From the NCBI RefSeq assembly GCF_006345805.1, contig NC_042997.1, positions 3,782,001 to 3,846,000 of the forward strand: a stretch of 64,000 nucleotides of DNA, written 5' to 3'. The notes under the pieces were generated by a model. That model ran no database searches. It had not been told where the DNA came from and saw only the letters and a list, made by a program, of their open reading frames with translations. Source of the stretch: Octopus sinensis. Taxonomy: Eukaryota. Each line of letters begins with the position of its first letter. Within the stretch, counting starts at the first letter, position 1. Positions 41,990 to 54,064 of this stretch are shown piece after piece. Position numbers and translations under genes: made by a program.

Positions 41990-42440
41990 AGATAATGTGA
42001 ACAGTGCCTCCCTATGGAAATTACTTGGCAAACATAGATGCCCGAATTCACTTTTTTATCAATTATAGAATCATTTCATGGTGGGATGTAGGCTTGGGTC
42101 GATATTGGTGGTGGCAAGGCGGGACACATCCCTAAACAGAATGGTATCAAGCAGGGTGTCGTCCTTGCCCCAACTCTCTTTTCGCTGTAATTTGCTACTA
42201 CTCTCGCTCATGCTTTTGCTGTGGACTGCTCTGCTGGGATATATATGTTATATATAAATTCTCTTGAGTCTCGTGCCACGTCCCAATATGGATTCACAAG
42301 GCGAACAAAAATTACTGTGTACCGTGCATGTGTAGGGACATTGCTCATTTAAGCATGCGCAACGTGGACCCTTTACAAACGACATATACAGGACATTCAA
42401 AGATTCCATGAGAGATGTCTGAGACACATTCTGAAAATCA
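41990..42440 (+). mobile_element. RTE-clade LINE RT fragments with internal deletion
   Basis: It reads LWKLLGKHRCP..IIESFHGGM..NGIKQGVVLAPTLFSL, then KITVYRACVGTLL..TWTLYKRHIQDIQRFHERCLRHILKI. Confidence 0.85.
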
Positions 42441-42617
42441 TTTCATTTTGCTTTGCTCCATTATTCCTTTCGATTAGGGGTGGATGTTGACCTGCTCACC
42501 TAGATAGCGGGGTGGTATCATTTCAAAACTAAATCAATGTAAAAACGCATTGTGAGAAGCGATGTGTAACAGATCTGATAGCCTGGTCGGTTACGTGATC
42601 AAGCAATATATATGTGC

Positions 42618-43162
42618 ATATTTATTCATAAAGAGTGAACCGATTTCATTACGCAATATTTTAAAAAGGAAAAGCAATAGAAACTTCAACTAAGTCACAA
42701 GTATTTATTCACAATCAACTTTTATTTCCTGTCTTACGTGTGTTCAATTTGGCCACAACCTGCAGCACAGTCAACATCAATGCAATAAGAGAAATTCCTC
42801 CCAGACACGTTTCAACATATCAAAATCAAATTCATTATGGAACTAAAGAATAAATTTGCTTTGCTTAAGGCGATTTCAGGACATATGGACACAGAAGGGA
42901 AATTGAAAAACTTTGATAAAACATGCAACCTTTCAGCCAAAGACGTACTCAGTGGATCGTGATATGCTGACACGCATCTAGGAGGAATTCTCTTATTGCA
43001 TTGATGTTGCCCGTGCTGCAGGTGGTGGACAAATTGTACACTTCTAAGACAGGAAATAAAAGTTGATTGTGAGTAAATACTTGTGATTTAGTTGGATTTT
43101 TTTTTATAGCTGCCCCTTAATAAAATATTGTATATGATCAGTTCATTCGTTTTGAATAACTG
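42618..43162. mobile_element. MITE with ~200-bp terminal inverted repeats (Tc1/mariner type)
   Basis: 42688-42822 (aactaagtcacaagtattta.tcacaatcaacttttatttcctgtctta..cctgcagcac..caacatcaatgcaataagagaa.ttcctcc) is the reverse complement of 42960-43093. The right end is ..actg|TA. Confidence 0.85.
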
Positions 43163-43168
43163 TATATA

Positions 43169-44273
43169 CAGTGGTTAGACGAAATAATAAAAAAACACCT
43201 AGCATCATAAATTTGAAATATCTATAAAACTGTCAAAAGCTTGCTTATTTTTATGATTTTTGATTGATTATTATTGTTGCTTAATATGTTTTTGCTGAAA
43301 TTGCTGTTTCTTCACAAAATTTCTTAGCGAAAATTGCTGTTTCTTCACAAACTTGCTGTTCCATCACAAAAATGTACATAAAATTAAAATGACAGATCTA
43401 TCGGGCTTTCAAAGAGGTCAAATTGTTAGGGCTCATATGGCAGGTGCTAGCGCAAAGAAACGAGCCGAAATATTTGGTGTATCAAGAAGTATTCTCTCGA
43501 AAGTAATGACAGCCTTTGCGAAAGAGGGAAAAACCTCCTCGTCGAAAAAAACTTCGGAAGGAAACCAAAACTTTCAGGTAGGGACCGTTGGATGCTTACG
43601 CGAGTTATCAGAAAAGATCACAAATGCACTGCTTCCAAAATGACAGCAGAGATTAAGGACCATCCCCAGAATCCGCTTTCACAAAACCTGTTCGCTGGAC
43701 GCTACACATAGCTGGATTTAATGGGATGACAGCAATCAGAAAATTACTAATTTCAAAAAGAAACGTTTCAAAGCGTTTAGAATAGAATAGAATAGAATAG
43801 AATAGAATAGAATCATTTCGTGGCAGAATTAATTGTCAAGACACTTTAAGCATTTTATCTGATCAAATTCATCCTATGGTCGCGGCACTGTTTCCGAAGG
43901 GAAACGCAATCTTTCAGGATGATAATACACCAATTCATACCTCTAAAGCTGTTAATGAATAGCACTAGGAACATTTTAAGGAAGTTGAACATCTTATCTG
44001 CCCACCACAGTCACCAGATCTCAATATTATTGAACATTACGGTGCATTTTAGAATAACATGTAAGGTCTCGATATCCTCCACCATCATCATAACAAAGAC
44101 TGGAGACTTTTAGCTAAAGAATGGTCAAAAATTCCTTGGGAAACAATTCAAAATTTGTACTAGTCCATGCCTCGTAATATTCGAGCTGTAATTACTGCCA
44201 AAGAAGGTCATTCCGTATGAAAGTAAATTTGTTTTAAATTTTAAGACGTTTCCATTATTTTGTCCCATACCAG
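43169..44273 (+). mobile_element. Tc1-family transposon, internally deleted and decayed
   Basis: It reads MTDLSGFQRGQIVRAHMAGAS..AEIFGVSRS, IFQDDNTPIHTS and CPPQSPDLNIIEH. The TIRs are TA|cagtggttagacgaaataat and ttccattattttgtcccataccag|TA. Confidence 0.9.
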
Positions 44274-44285
44274 TATATATATATA

Positions 44286-44765
44286 CAGAGTGTACCAAAA
44301 GTTACTTATGAGTTTTAATTTTTAATAACTTCCTTTAATTTACAAGTAAATGAATGAAATCTTGATACAATATAAAGGAAGTAAATATGCACAAGTCAAA
44401 TTTTGCAACACCCCTACATTACATATGAAAAATGATATTTTCGGCTACGCACGCGCGTGCTCATTCTAAAAGCTGCACCATAACCCACTAAAGAGTTTCC
44501 GACTCCACTTCTTTGATTTCTCTCTTCATGTTCTCCTTCAGTTGCACTAGGGTTGTTGACGTAATAATATCGTTGCTCTTTAAGGATGTCATTTTTCATA
44601 TGTGATGTAGTGTTGTTGCAATGATGTAGTGATGTTGCAAAATTTGACTCGTGCATATTAATTTCCATTATGTCCTTTATATTGTATCAAACTTTCATGC
44701 ATTTTTTGGAACAGTTAAGGAAGGTTTTAAAAATTGGGACCTGTCAGTGAATTTGAGAAAGCCTG
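44286..44765. mobile_element. MITE with ~125-135-bp terminal inverted repeats
   Basis: ttgatacaatataaagga..aatatgcacaagtcaaattttgcaaca (44361-44410) pairs with tgttgcaaaatttgactcgtgcatatt..tcctttatattgtatcaa (44633-44690). Ends are TA|cag...ctg|TA. Confidence 0.85.
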
Positions 44766-45189
44766 TAAAATAATGCTAAAACTGTTCACTAAAGTTATTC
44801 CCAGTTTTGCAAATATGCTCAGTAGGGAATTCTCATCAGCAAGCTAAAATACAAACTAAAGCATAGGATCGAATTCTGGAGGCGGAGGATTTTTTAAAAT
44901 CACAATATGGTGAATGAGGACTGAAAAATAATAACGAGAAAATATTTGGAACACATTTCTTCATTAGTATCAAATGCAGAAAAAGTAGTGCGTCTAAAGA
45001 AAATGTATATGAAAAAGAATAAATGAAAGAAAAAATCTAATATAATAAGAAAAGCAGATACATTCTATATACATGGAGACATGCATACACGTACACATAC
45101 ATGTATGTATTATGTGCGTACGTATGCATGTATGTATGTATGTATATATGAATGTATATATGTATGTATGTATGAATGTGTGTATGTAG

Positions 45190-45832
45190 AATTCATGTTT
45201 GTTTCCATCCAAATGATTTTGGAAACAGCAGATTAACTGATATTCAGATGGGGCAATGTCTGGCAAATATGGTAGGTGGTGCATCGTTTCACATACAAAA
45301 AGCTCTAGCATTTGGAAAGTTATCCTCGCTGTATGTGGCCGAGCATTATTTTAGAAGAACATCTTTCATCCTGAAATGACCAAATTCTCAGCTAGTTCTT
45401 GAACAGTTACGAAGGGATTTTGTTTCAGCAGGGTTTGCAGGACGTCCTCATCGAGCTCCATCGTGGAGGCTATAGTTTCGGGCTTGGAATTCCTGTTACC
45501 ACCATTGACACTGACTTAAGCTTATTTCTGTCCTACATATACTACACTAATATTCCCCGCACTTTCGGATTCCTTGTAATCTTTATTGAACTCATAACAC
45601 AAAATATGCCGAATATGCTTCTTCGTCACTTCCACTACAGCATTGAACCAAAAGAAAAATAATAATAACTGTTAAAATTGAACTGCACTCTTTAAAACTT
45701 GCACTAAGTATAAGCACAAGAAAAATTACTAACTGCCTTTATAGGAAGTTGATCCAGGTAGTTTACACCGTCCCCCTCCGACTTTTAGCTCACGCATTCG
45801 AAAACAAAAGCATTATTTATGGGATGACCCAC
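45190..45832 (-). mobile_element. Internally deleted mariner remnant
   Basis: It reads HHLPYLPDIAPSEYQLICCFQNHLDG, with N-terminal EVTKKHIRHIL-like sequence and a TIR-like tgggtcatcccataaataatgc on the minus strand. Confidence 0.7.
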
Positions 45833-46189
45833 TACAGATGATGAAAAGCAAGTAAACATAATTTAATTTCGAAACGCGTATGTGGCTATTCGGAGCCGTC
45901 TGGATTCATTATTTTCCATTTTGCCTAAGTAAAAAAGTGTGTTACTGTCTGGGAGATTCTTACTGTTGTAGAAAAGGAATTTGTAACACCTATTTCTAAG
46001 TTCGGTATGTGGTGAAGCAATTAGCTGACCCAATTATAATTATGTTTATAATTATAAAATATTTGTTTAATTTTTCCTATAAATGTTATTTTAACTTACT
46101 TGGTAAAATTATTAATCGATTAATTGATTAATTAATTAATTAATTAATTAATTTTACCCTTTTATGATTAATATTGTATTAGATAGACA

Positions 46190-46297
46190 GATGGCTATAG
46201 ACAGAGAGATAGAGAGAGAGAGGTGGATAAAGAGATAGATAGATATCGAGATAGATAGAAAGATAGATAGATAGATTGATAGGTAGATAGATAGATT

Positions 46298-46383
<86 letters not shown>

Positions 46384-46385
46384 CA
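46190..46385. repeat. (GATA)n microsatellite
   Basis: Directly visible in the sequence. Confidence 0.98.
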
Positions 46386-49300
46386 GAAACTGAAAAGATG
46401 ATTTTCGAATTCTTTGGGGTGGGGTTATCATCAAAAGTTTCTACAGAACATGACTTCGGTTATATGCATGAGGTCATTAGGATATAGCAACACTTAGAAC
46501 ACGAAGATATTAGGATATAAGAACACTTAGATCCTTTCGTTTCCAAGTATAAATGGATGGCATTTTGCGACAAACCCCTGACAATAAAGCCGCCAATCTG
46601 TTTATATAATGAGGAAATGGTATAGCATCCTGAGGCATACCGTAAATGTTCAACACATTATTTATCAGCATCAGCCTCGTAGGAGAGACCGATATTCATA
46701 CAGTATCAAGGTATGATAGGCTATATGCACCGCATATTGTAGATATATAAACAGTATAAATTTAACCATAGTTTGAAAAATGACGAATATCTTTAATAGA
46801 CATTTTGAACCTTATTTGGACCTCATCAGTGGAGTCTACTAGAATTGGTTGTGCAATAATTCTGTAAGTACAGTGCATATCGTTTCAGAGAATATTACTC
46901 CTAGATTATCATAATAAATATTTCTTCGTTACTGTACAGTGTAAACTGAGTGAATTATAAATATATTCACACAACCAGCACGTGATGTATTATAATTATG
47001 AGTCTGTCTATATATACTGTTACCTGATTTGGTAGTCATTTGCTAGAAAGTAAAAAGCATCAAAGTGACATTGAACATAATTTTTAAAACTTATGTAGAC
47101 TTTAAATAACACAATATGTCATTCATGTATACTTGGAAACGAACGAATCTAAGTGGTATAATTATATTCCAATGTCCTCATACATATTAGCTAAGTCATA
47201 TGCTCTAAGCAAGAACAGATTACATCAAACACCATGTTTCATCACCAGATGAAGTACAAGAAACTAAATATGTGTGGGTGTGTGAGGCGTGCATGCGTGT
47301 GGGTGTGTGTGTGAGTATATGTGCGTGTTGTGTGTATGTACACAAATATTATGTTGCTCATGAACTGAAAATATGTGTGAATGTTCTGTTTATTATGAAC
47401 TGTTCATACAATACACTATCGTCGTTAAAAGCGTCGTATTTTAATTAGTCAAACATAATTGTCATAATTAGACGGCAAACTTATATATTAATTGGCTAAC
47501 AGCAATTACTGCGATCTAATTACAGTTGAGTTTCATTAAATCAGACAGAATTATTTTCATTGCCCCAACATAGAAACATAACAAAACGTAATTCAACTAC
47601 TAAGACTACAACAACTGTAAAACAACAGAGGCATTATCATCACGATCACGATCATGATAATTATCATTATTTTTATTAATATCTGATATAGGCCGCGTAT
47701 TGCTGGTGGTGTCATTAATGTTCCTGATGTTTTCTTTCACTGAAATAAAGCGACATATTTCTTTTCCTATCTCGAGGACGTTGCTGAGATTCCTTTCACT
47801 GCCAAGTAATGCTGTTCTTTAGAATGGCTTCACTTTGTTTTGTTTTTATTGCTATCTTTTCAAACAAACTTTCTTCTATTGTTCTAATGGTCGAATATAC
47901 TTGAATTCCATAAGCACACTACCTATAATGATATACATTTTATCATAGTACTCCATCAGTTATGAAGACGGGAATTCTAGATGATCTGATCAACTGGAGA
48001 GCCTCCTCGGGAAATAAACGTGCAAGCGAAACATGACACTATATACTCGAATGAAATTAACGTAGGTTTCAGGGACATTCTGCGAGACAAAGGATGTGAC
48101 AAGGATGGCTTTTTGAAATAGAGGCACACGCACTTTTGCCAGCTGGTTGGACAAGAGGAACGTGAATTGAAGTGTCTTGCTCAATGACACATATATACAT
48201 ATATGCATATATACATGCATACATGTACATACCCACATATATAGGTGTAGATGTATATATACATGAATATATGGGTAACTGACGTCAGAAAACATAAAAA
48301 AATAGAAAAGCAAGACAGGCAACATGAAGAACAATCCCTTCATCAGTTGTCCACTGATCTACTCAGCACTAGGACAAGCTGCGTCTTTGTCAAAACAGTA
48401 GCTCTCGCAAACCAGATTAAATAAAATTTGGGATTTGCGGAGGGAGCTTTCATAGCTGTTGTTCAAATCTACAACTTATTCAAAGTTACTAGCTGATTTT
48501 TTCATCACATCAAGAAACGATTGAGGAATAAGATATTCCTGGCTAGTGAGACAGAAGTGTTGAACTCATACAGTTTGAACTTTATTTTTGATTCCATATT
48601 AAATCTTAATAGCGTAGGACACACGTTTCTCCTGGTATACTGCTGTTTATAATGATTTGTTCTTTGTTACCAACAAGTTTTGCGTAGCTTGCAATGTATT
48701 AAAGTTGTGACACTTCAAGACATTCGAGAAATGAGAGCCGAGTTTGAATCAAGCATGGACACATTTGAATCTGTTTTATGGAATGATTTCGAATATATCA
48801 AATACCTCTAGTGTTTCGAAAATACTGATCGGTTAATTACATATTTCCCGCGGATGTAAAGTGCTATTAATAATACTGGTGTTGTAAGAGAGACAGATTC
48901 ATCACCAGTAATCGTACATTCTTTACGAGAACGGCCAGAGCCGAGTCTGTAGACAAATTTCAGAAAGCCGTGAACGAACCGGGTTATTTGAGATGGGTGG
49001 ATAGAAAGATGGGTGGATAGAAAGGTAGATAGATATATAGATAAATAGAGAGAGAGTAGGGAAGTGAGTTTTCTTTTCAGATTGCTGTGGTCAATCCATT
49101 GAGATTTCATTAAAAAGCAATTTTCTTTTTTTCTTTTCTTTCTTTTTTCTTCTTCTTTTCTTTTACTCCTATTTCCTTTCTCATTGTATATCTTTCCACA
49201 TATTTTTAAATAAACACATTTTCTCACAGTGGCTGGTGACCTTTCGTAATCTCAATTTGAAAATGCACAATGTGAAAGATAAGAAAAGATGAGAGGCTGA

Positions 49301-49807
49301 TCTCATCACTAAAAAATGAATGAGTTCAAAGTTCTATGAAAATCTATATTCGTTTACACTTGTATAGTCAAATCCCCTGTTCTGTGCAATCTCATGTTGT
49401 GCCCGAACAAACATTAAATATTAGAAAAATATTTATAAATTAGGAAAATAAAGTCAGAATAGGAAACAATAATTTCAGTTCGGGAATGTTTATAATTCAG
49501 TCTATTCTCTATGTACATTTAATCAAACATTATAAAAGGGTTTTCTAAAATCATATATACTGTGTTTTTAGATGGAAGCCACTCTTTACGATACATATAT
49601 GTAACAAAGCAGGTCCTGCTTAAATATATTTTTAAGCATCTTACATCTATTTGTAGGATTTATCTTTCTTTTACACGCTTGCTTCGGTAAGATAATTGAA
49701 AAGAGATTTTTGCGTCAAGTAGCTACATTAGATACCTTCCCTAATCAATGGGCAAAATGGTTCTAGTATTCTTTCTCGGATAAATGTAAATTTTAATAGA
49801 ACAGTCT

Positions 49808-49975
49808 AGGCGCAGGAGTGGCTGTGTGGTAAGTAGCTTACTTACCAACGACATGGTTCCGTGTTCATTCCCACTGCGTGGTACCTTGATCAAGTGTCTT
49901 CTATAGCCTCGGCCCGATTAAAAACGTGTGAGTGGATTTGGTAGACAGAAAATGAAAGAAGCCTGTCGCATATAT
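49808..49975 (+). mobile_element. tRNA-derived SINE (family A) 5' part with Pol III A/B-box-like motifs
   Basis: ggcgcaggagTGGCTGTGTGGtaag..ccgtGTTCATTCCcactgcgtgg; homologous to 896-1060. Confidence 0.85.
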
Positions 49976-49982
49976 GTATGTG

Positions 49983-50055
<73 letters not shown>

Positions 50056-50061
<6 letters not shown>

Positions 50062-50340
50062 ATCCAAACAAGAAAGCCCCAAAAAACACAACAACGCGAG
50101 GACGTGGAATAAATATAGTATTATTGGACGCTCAGGAAAGAAGGAAGGAAGGAGGGTTTAACGTTTAGAGCGGAGCTCTTCGTCGGAAACATAGGAGAAG
50201 GAAATATACAGAGAAAGGAGGACAGAGGGAAAAAAATCGCCAACGGTACACATGAGGTCACATTTTGAAAGACAGGAAGGAAAAGGGTGAAGAAAGTGTT
50301 TTCAAAGACGGAAGAGTAGTTCTGTCAAAGACAGGAGAAT
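50056..50340 (-). mobile_element. Penelope-type terminal repeat (same family as 24010-24215 and 63490-63700), followed by ~700 bp of degenerate (GT)-rich DNA
   Basis: Near-identical to 63490-63700. It starts at a (TA)n tract and has a mutated hammerhead-like motif at 50156-50190. Confidence 0.75.
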
Positions 50341-51280
50341 GTGTGTGTATGTGTGGATATGTGCGTGCGCGGAGGTCTGCGTGTGTGTATGTGTGTATGT
50401 GTGCAATGATGACACGTGTGTGTGTGCGCGTGTGTGTGTGTGCGCGTGTGTGTGTTTGCGCGCGTGTGTGTATGTGTGTGGTAGTGGCTGTTGAACAAAG
50501 CGTGTTTGTAGGGCTAGTAGTGTGAAGGTCGAAGAAGAAGGAGTGGTGTCTTTTGTCTCTGCCACGGATCAGTAGTGCTACTTTGAAGTATGCGTGTGTG
50601 TGCGTGTATGTATATGTATCGTGTGTGTGTTTTGTTTGTAGTGTGTGTGTATGTATGTATGTGTGTGTTCGTGTGTGTGTATGCGTAGAGTTTGAGTGTG
50701 TGGCGAATAACTGTGTTTTACTTAGTGTATGTGTGCGTCTGTGCTTGTACGTGCGTATGTGTGTATACATGTATGTATAATTGTGTGCGTGTAAAATTGT
50801 GTGTGTGTGCGTGCGTGTCGTATGTACGTGTAGTGTGTCTGCGTGTACATGTGCCTTTGTATGTATGTGTGTAAGCGTATATGGCTGTATATACGTGTAT
50901 CCGTGGGGTTGTGAGTTTTGGGTTTGTGCATTCGTGTGCGTGTGTGCGTGCGTACGTGTGCGCATGTTTTCGTGTGCGTGTGTGTGTCTGTGTCTATATG
51001 TGTATACGTAGATGTATGTGTGCGTGCGCGTGTAGGCATATATTGTATATATATATAATATATATATATATTATGTGAATAGAAGATGAATAATCTTGTA
51101 GTAGATTAATCAAAGTTTAACCGATACATTAGTAGCAAAAATCACAGCAGTAAACAGCACGGTTGGAGATACAACCATCTGGCGTTGCAACCGTGCGTTG
51201 GTGCGGATAATTGAAATTAAAACATTATTGGTGAATTGAAGAAATGGAGCTGAACGCAGATTGAACAGAAATCGTTTTAT

Positions 51281-51367
51281 TTCATTCCACACGTGTTTCG
51301 AAAGGCACAAATTACCAAAATCCGATTGAATAATGGGACCATATTGTGTCTTTCTCATCAGGAAGAA
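51281..51367 (-). ncRNA. Type I hammerhead ribozyme copy with GUG at the cleavage triplet (predicted inactive)
   Basis: Reverse complement of the 53498-53583 motif, with C at + strand 51288 giving GUG instead of GUA. Confidence 0.7.
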
Positions 51368-53497
51368 AAAAGGAAATCCGTTGGAAACACAAAAACAGAA
51401 CAGAGGCGGAGCAAAAAACAAATCGAACTGTGCTCCTAAGAGCCCATGGCGAAACTGTTTATCATTGTATGTTGAGAACCGGTGGCTGAAGAATTCAACG
51501 GGTCAGGCATCGGTCAATCATGTGGGTGAGGGTGTATAGATGTTCTTTGTGACCGAGAATAAAGTTCTGACTATTTAAGGAATATTGGATGTTTTATAAG
51601 GGGCGAGAAAAAATCTACTTAGAGACGTGTGTGTGTGTATACTGTTCTATATATGTGTGTGTTGGCGTAGGGGTAAAAACATTTTTTGTGTACGTGTGTG
51701 CGTTTGATCGTTCGGCTGTCAGTGGCTACTGCCGTGATAACCGTTGGGTGGCAGAAAGAAAAAAATAAAAAAAATATATATATATTATGTTTTAGTGTGT
51801 TGTGTGTTCATCTGAGCCTGCCTTGTCAAGGAAACCCCCCGCTGTGAGAAAACCAAGCCCCGTTTGTCTTACAGGAGTAATTCCCCTTGCAGTGGTTAAT
51901 CGTAGATATCTTAAAGGCTATTTCAGAATTTGTTACCAAGGCTATGAGTGCCGGTACTATTTATAAACGCTATTTAAAGGCCAGGTAAGTGTAACGCCGC
52001 CAATGGGGGCATCGAAAAGCCGACTGTAAGAGCCCGTTTACCATCCGGCCTCTGGCACACAAAATATGGAAGAGTTCGGAGACACGGTTGCACTGTCTTC
52101 TGCCCCTATCAAATGGGAGGGCCACCCAAAATTGACCATTCCAGCCTATAGCTTAAGTTCGCATCCTTCAGTCGCCATATTAGCTTACTGAGTCCCGTGG
52201 TCTGGCGCTTGTTCACGTCCCGAAAAGTTGCGTAATGGTTGGAGACACGCAAAGACAATCTTGAGGATGATGCCCCTACATAAGTGAAGGCATCTGAGTC
52301 CGTGTAAACCTTGCATTGGTAGACGGCGTTTTTGATCTTGGAGTTCGCCGACGTGAATCTTAATCTGCTAGGATTAGTTTCTGAAATTAGAACTGCGTTC
52401 CTGTCACTATATTCGTTCCGAGACCTGCAGCGAGCCGCTTACTACTCTATTTTCCACTACGTCACTATTAACTATAGGAATAACCCCTGATTCTCCACTA
52501 TCTATCAGAGTGCTGTCATTGCTACTGCCCGTGGTACTGCTATTGCGGGAAATGATGCTGGGGATGCTAATGGGGCTCTCTACCCTACTCCCATTATTAC
52601 CGTCAACCACAACACCCCTATTTATACTATACCCCTAGTGGGTACTCCCTGGCTGGAGCTGAGATTATGTGTCACTGTACTGGCTCTCATCTCATTATTA
52701 CTACTGTAATTATTCCTACTGAGCATTAAACCGGGAGCGGAAGAGGCTGTGCCTCCGGAAAAAGGTGATAGGGTCTTAGTAAGTAGCCTATTATTATGGG
52801 AGGCGATTATCTGGGCGAGGTTTTTAGTGTTGGAGAAAGCTATCCTAACTTTATGTAGTTAACCGTGGAGTAATATTTGGAATTCTGGGAATTATTGGCG
52901 ATGGCTTGTCTAAACATGAGGGGAGGTTAGTTCTAATCTGCTTACCAAAGGGGATTACAAACCATATATGCTTATTCCATCAGTGTGATGGGTCGGGACG
53001 CCAGCTCTCGCATTCGGGTGGGTGATTCTCGGATGAATAACGGGTCTTGGGTTAGTGTAAGACCTCCCGGACCGATAATTATCCTTGTTCGCTAAATTAA
53101 ATGCGGGAGCGACTACCCCGGCATCCGCCGCGCTCCCGTCCTTACTTAAAATGTTAATGTTATTATATACGGCCCTATCCTGATGACCGAATGATGGCAT
53201 CGGAAGGGCCGGATCAATATAAATTACCTTCTGCCTATAACCGGCCTTGGATAGTGCGGCGTTATAAAATTCCGCTTCTGCATAAAAATATCGGCACTGG
53301 CGGACAAGCCAGACAATCTTAGAGAGATGTTTTTAACCAAATTGTCTGTTACGGTTTTGGCATGATTTGAATTCTTCAGCCACCGGTTCTCAACATACAC
53401 TGATAAACAGTTTCGCCATGGGCTCTTAGGAGCACAGTTCGATTTGTTTTTTGCTCCGCCTCTGTTCTGTTTTTGTGTTTCCAACGGATTTCCTTTT

Positions 53498-53583
53498 TTC
53501 TTCCTGATGAGAAAGACACAATATGGTCCTTATTCAATCGGATTTTGGTAATTTTGTGCCTTTCGAAACACGTGTAGAATGAA
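53498..53583 (+). ncRNA. Type I hammerhead ribozyme with intact core and extended stem II
   Basis: Stem I 5' strand TTCTTC; core CTGATGA (53504-53510); stem II GAAAGACACAA with TTGTGCCTTTC (10 of 11 bp, G10.1-C11.1); GAAA (53565-53568); palindromic stem III ACACGTGT; triplet GUA (cut after 53576); stem I 3' strand GAA-T-GAA. Confidence 0.8.
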
Positions 53584-53759
53584 ATAAAACGATTTCTGTT
53601 CAATCTGCGTTCAGCTCCATTTCTTCAATTCACCAATAATGTTTTATATATATATATATATATATATTATGTGTTGTGTGGTGTGGGGTGTGTGTGTGTG
53701 TGTGTGTGTTTGTGTGTTGTGTGTGGTGTGTGTGTGTGTGTGTCTGTGTGGTGTGTGTT

Positions 53760-53945
53760 TGTGTGGATGTGTTTGTTCTCTAACATCGCATGACAACCGA
53801 TGGTGGTGTGTTTGCGTCCTCGTCAAACCTGATCGATAAAATAAGTACTAGACTTACAAAAATAAGTCCTGGTGTCGATTTTCTCGGCTAAAGGCGGTAC
53901 TCCAGCATGGCCACAGTCAAATGTCTGAAATAAGTAAAACAGAAT
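53760..53945 (+). mobile_element. SINE family A 3' part
   Basis: aataagtactagacttacaaaaataagtcctggtgtcgatt..ctaaaggcggtactccagcatggccacagtcaaatg; homologous to 1220-1330. Confidence 0.75.
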
Positions 53946-54006
53946 AGAGTAATGATATTTCAAATCCCCATGTTATATTTATATATATATATAAATATAC
54001 ATATAA

Positions 54007-54062
<56 letters not shown>

Positions 54063-54064
54063 CA

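Larger units (their letters stand above)
51075..53646 (-). mobile_element. 5'-truncated Penelope-like retroelement with inverted pseudo-LTRs (51218-51498 and 53367-53646)
   Basis: The minus strand reads SNHAKTVTDNLVKNISLRLSGLSASADIF (RT thumb), HIWFVIPFGKQIRTNL, KVRIAFSNTKNLAQIIASHNNRLL, and NAVYQCKV..FTYVGASS..RVSNHYATF..GLSKLIWRLKD..LEWSILG (GIY-YIG). The ~280-bp inverted repeats differ at only a few positions. (TA)n flanks both sides. Confidence 0.9.

Noticed and set aside
45828-45886. Hammerhead-like ..gATGATGA..tttcGAAACGCGTA.. motif
   Set aside because: It has a palindromic stem III and a GUA triplet, but C3 is absent and stem II is unconvincing; at best a dead relic.
46795-46836. Minus-strand CTGATGAGGTCCAAATAAGGTTCAAAATGTC, hammerhead-like
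   Set aside because: The GAAA core and stem II are degraded and stem I does not pair.
49808-49880. tRNA gene
   Set aside because: A/B-box-like motifs are present, but there is no complete cloverleaf and the sequence continues into a SINE body.
51333-51539. Repeated peptide ETQKQNRGGAKNKSNCAPKSPWRNC (also 53224-53603 and 60490-60708) as a small gene family
   Set aside because: It is a translation of the pLTR repeat; frames and starts are not conserved between copies.
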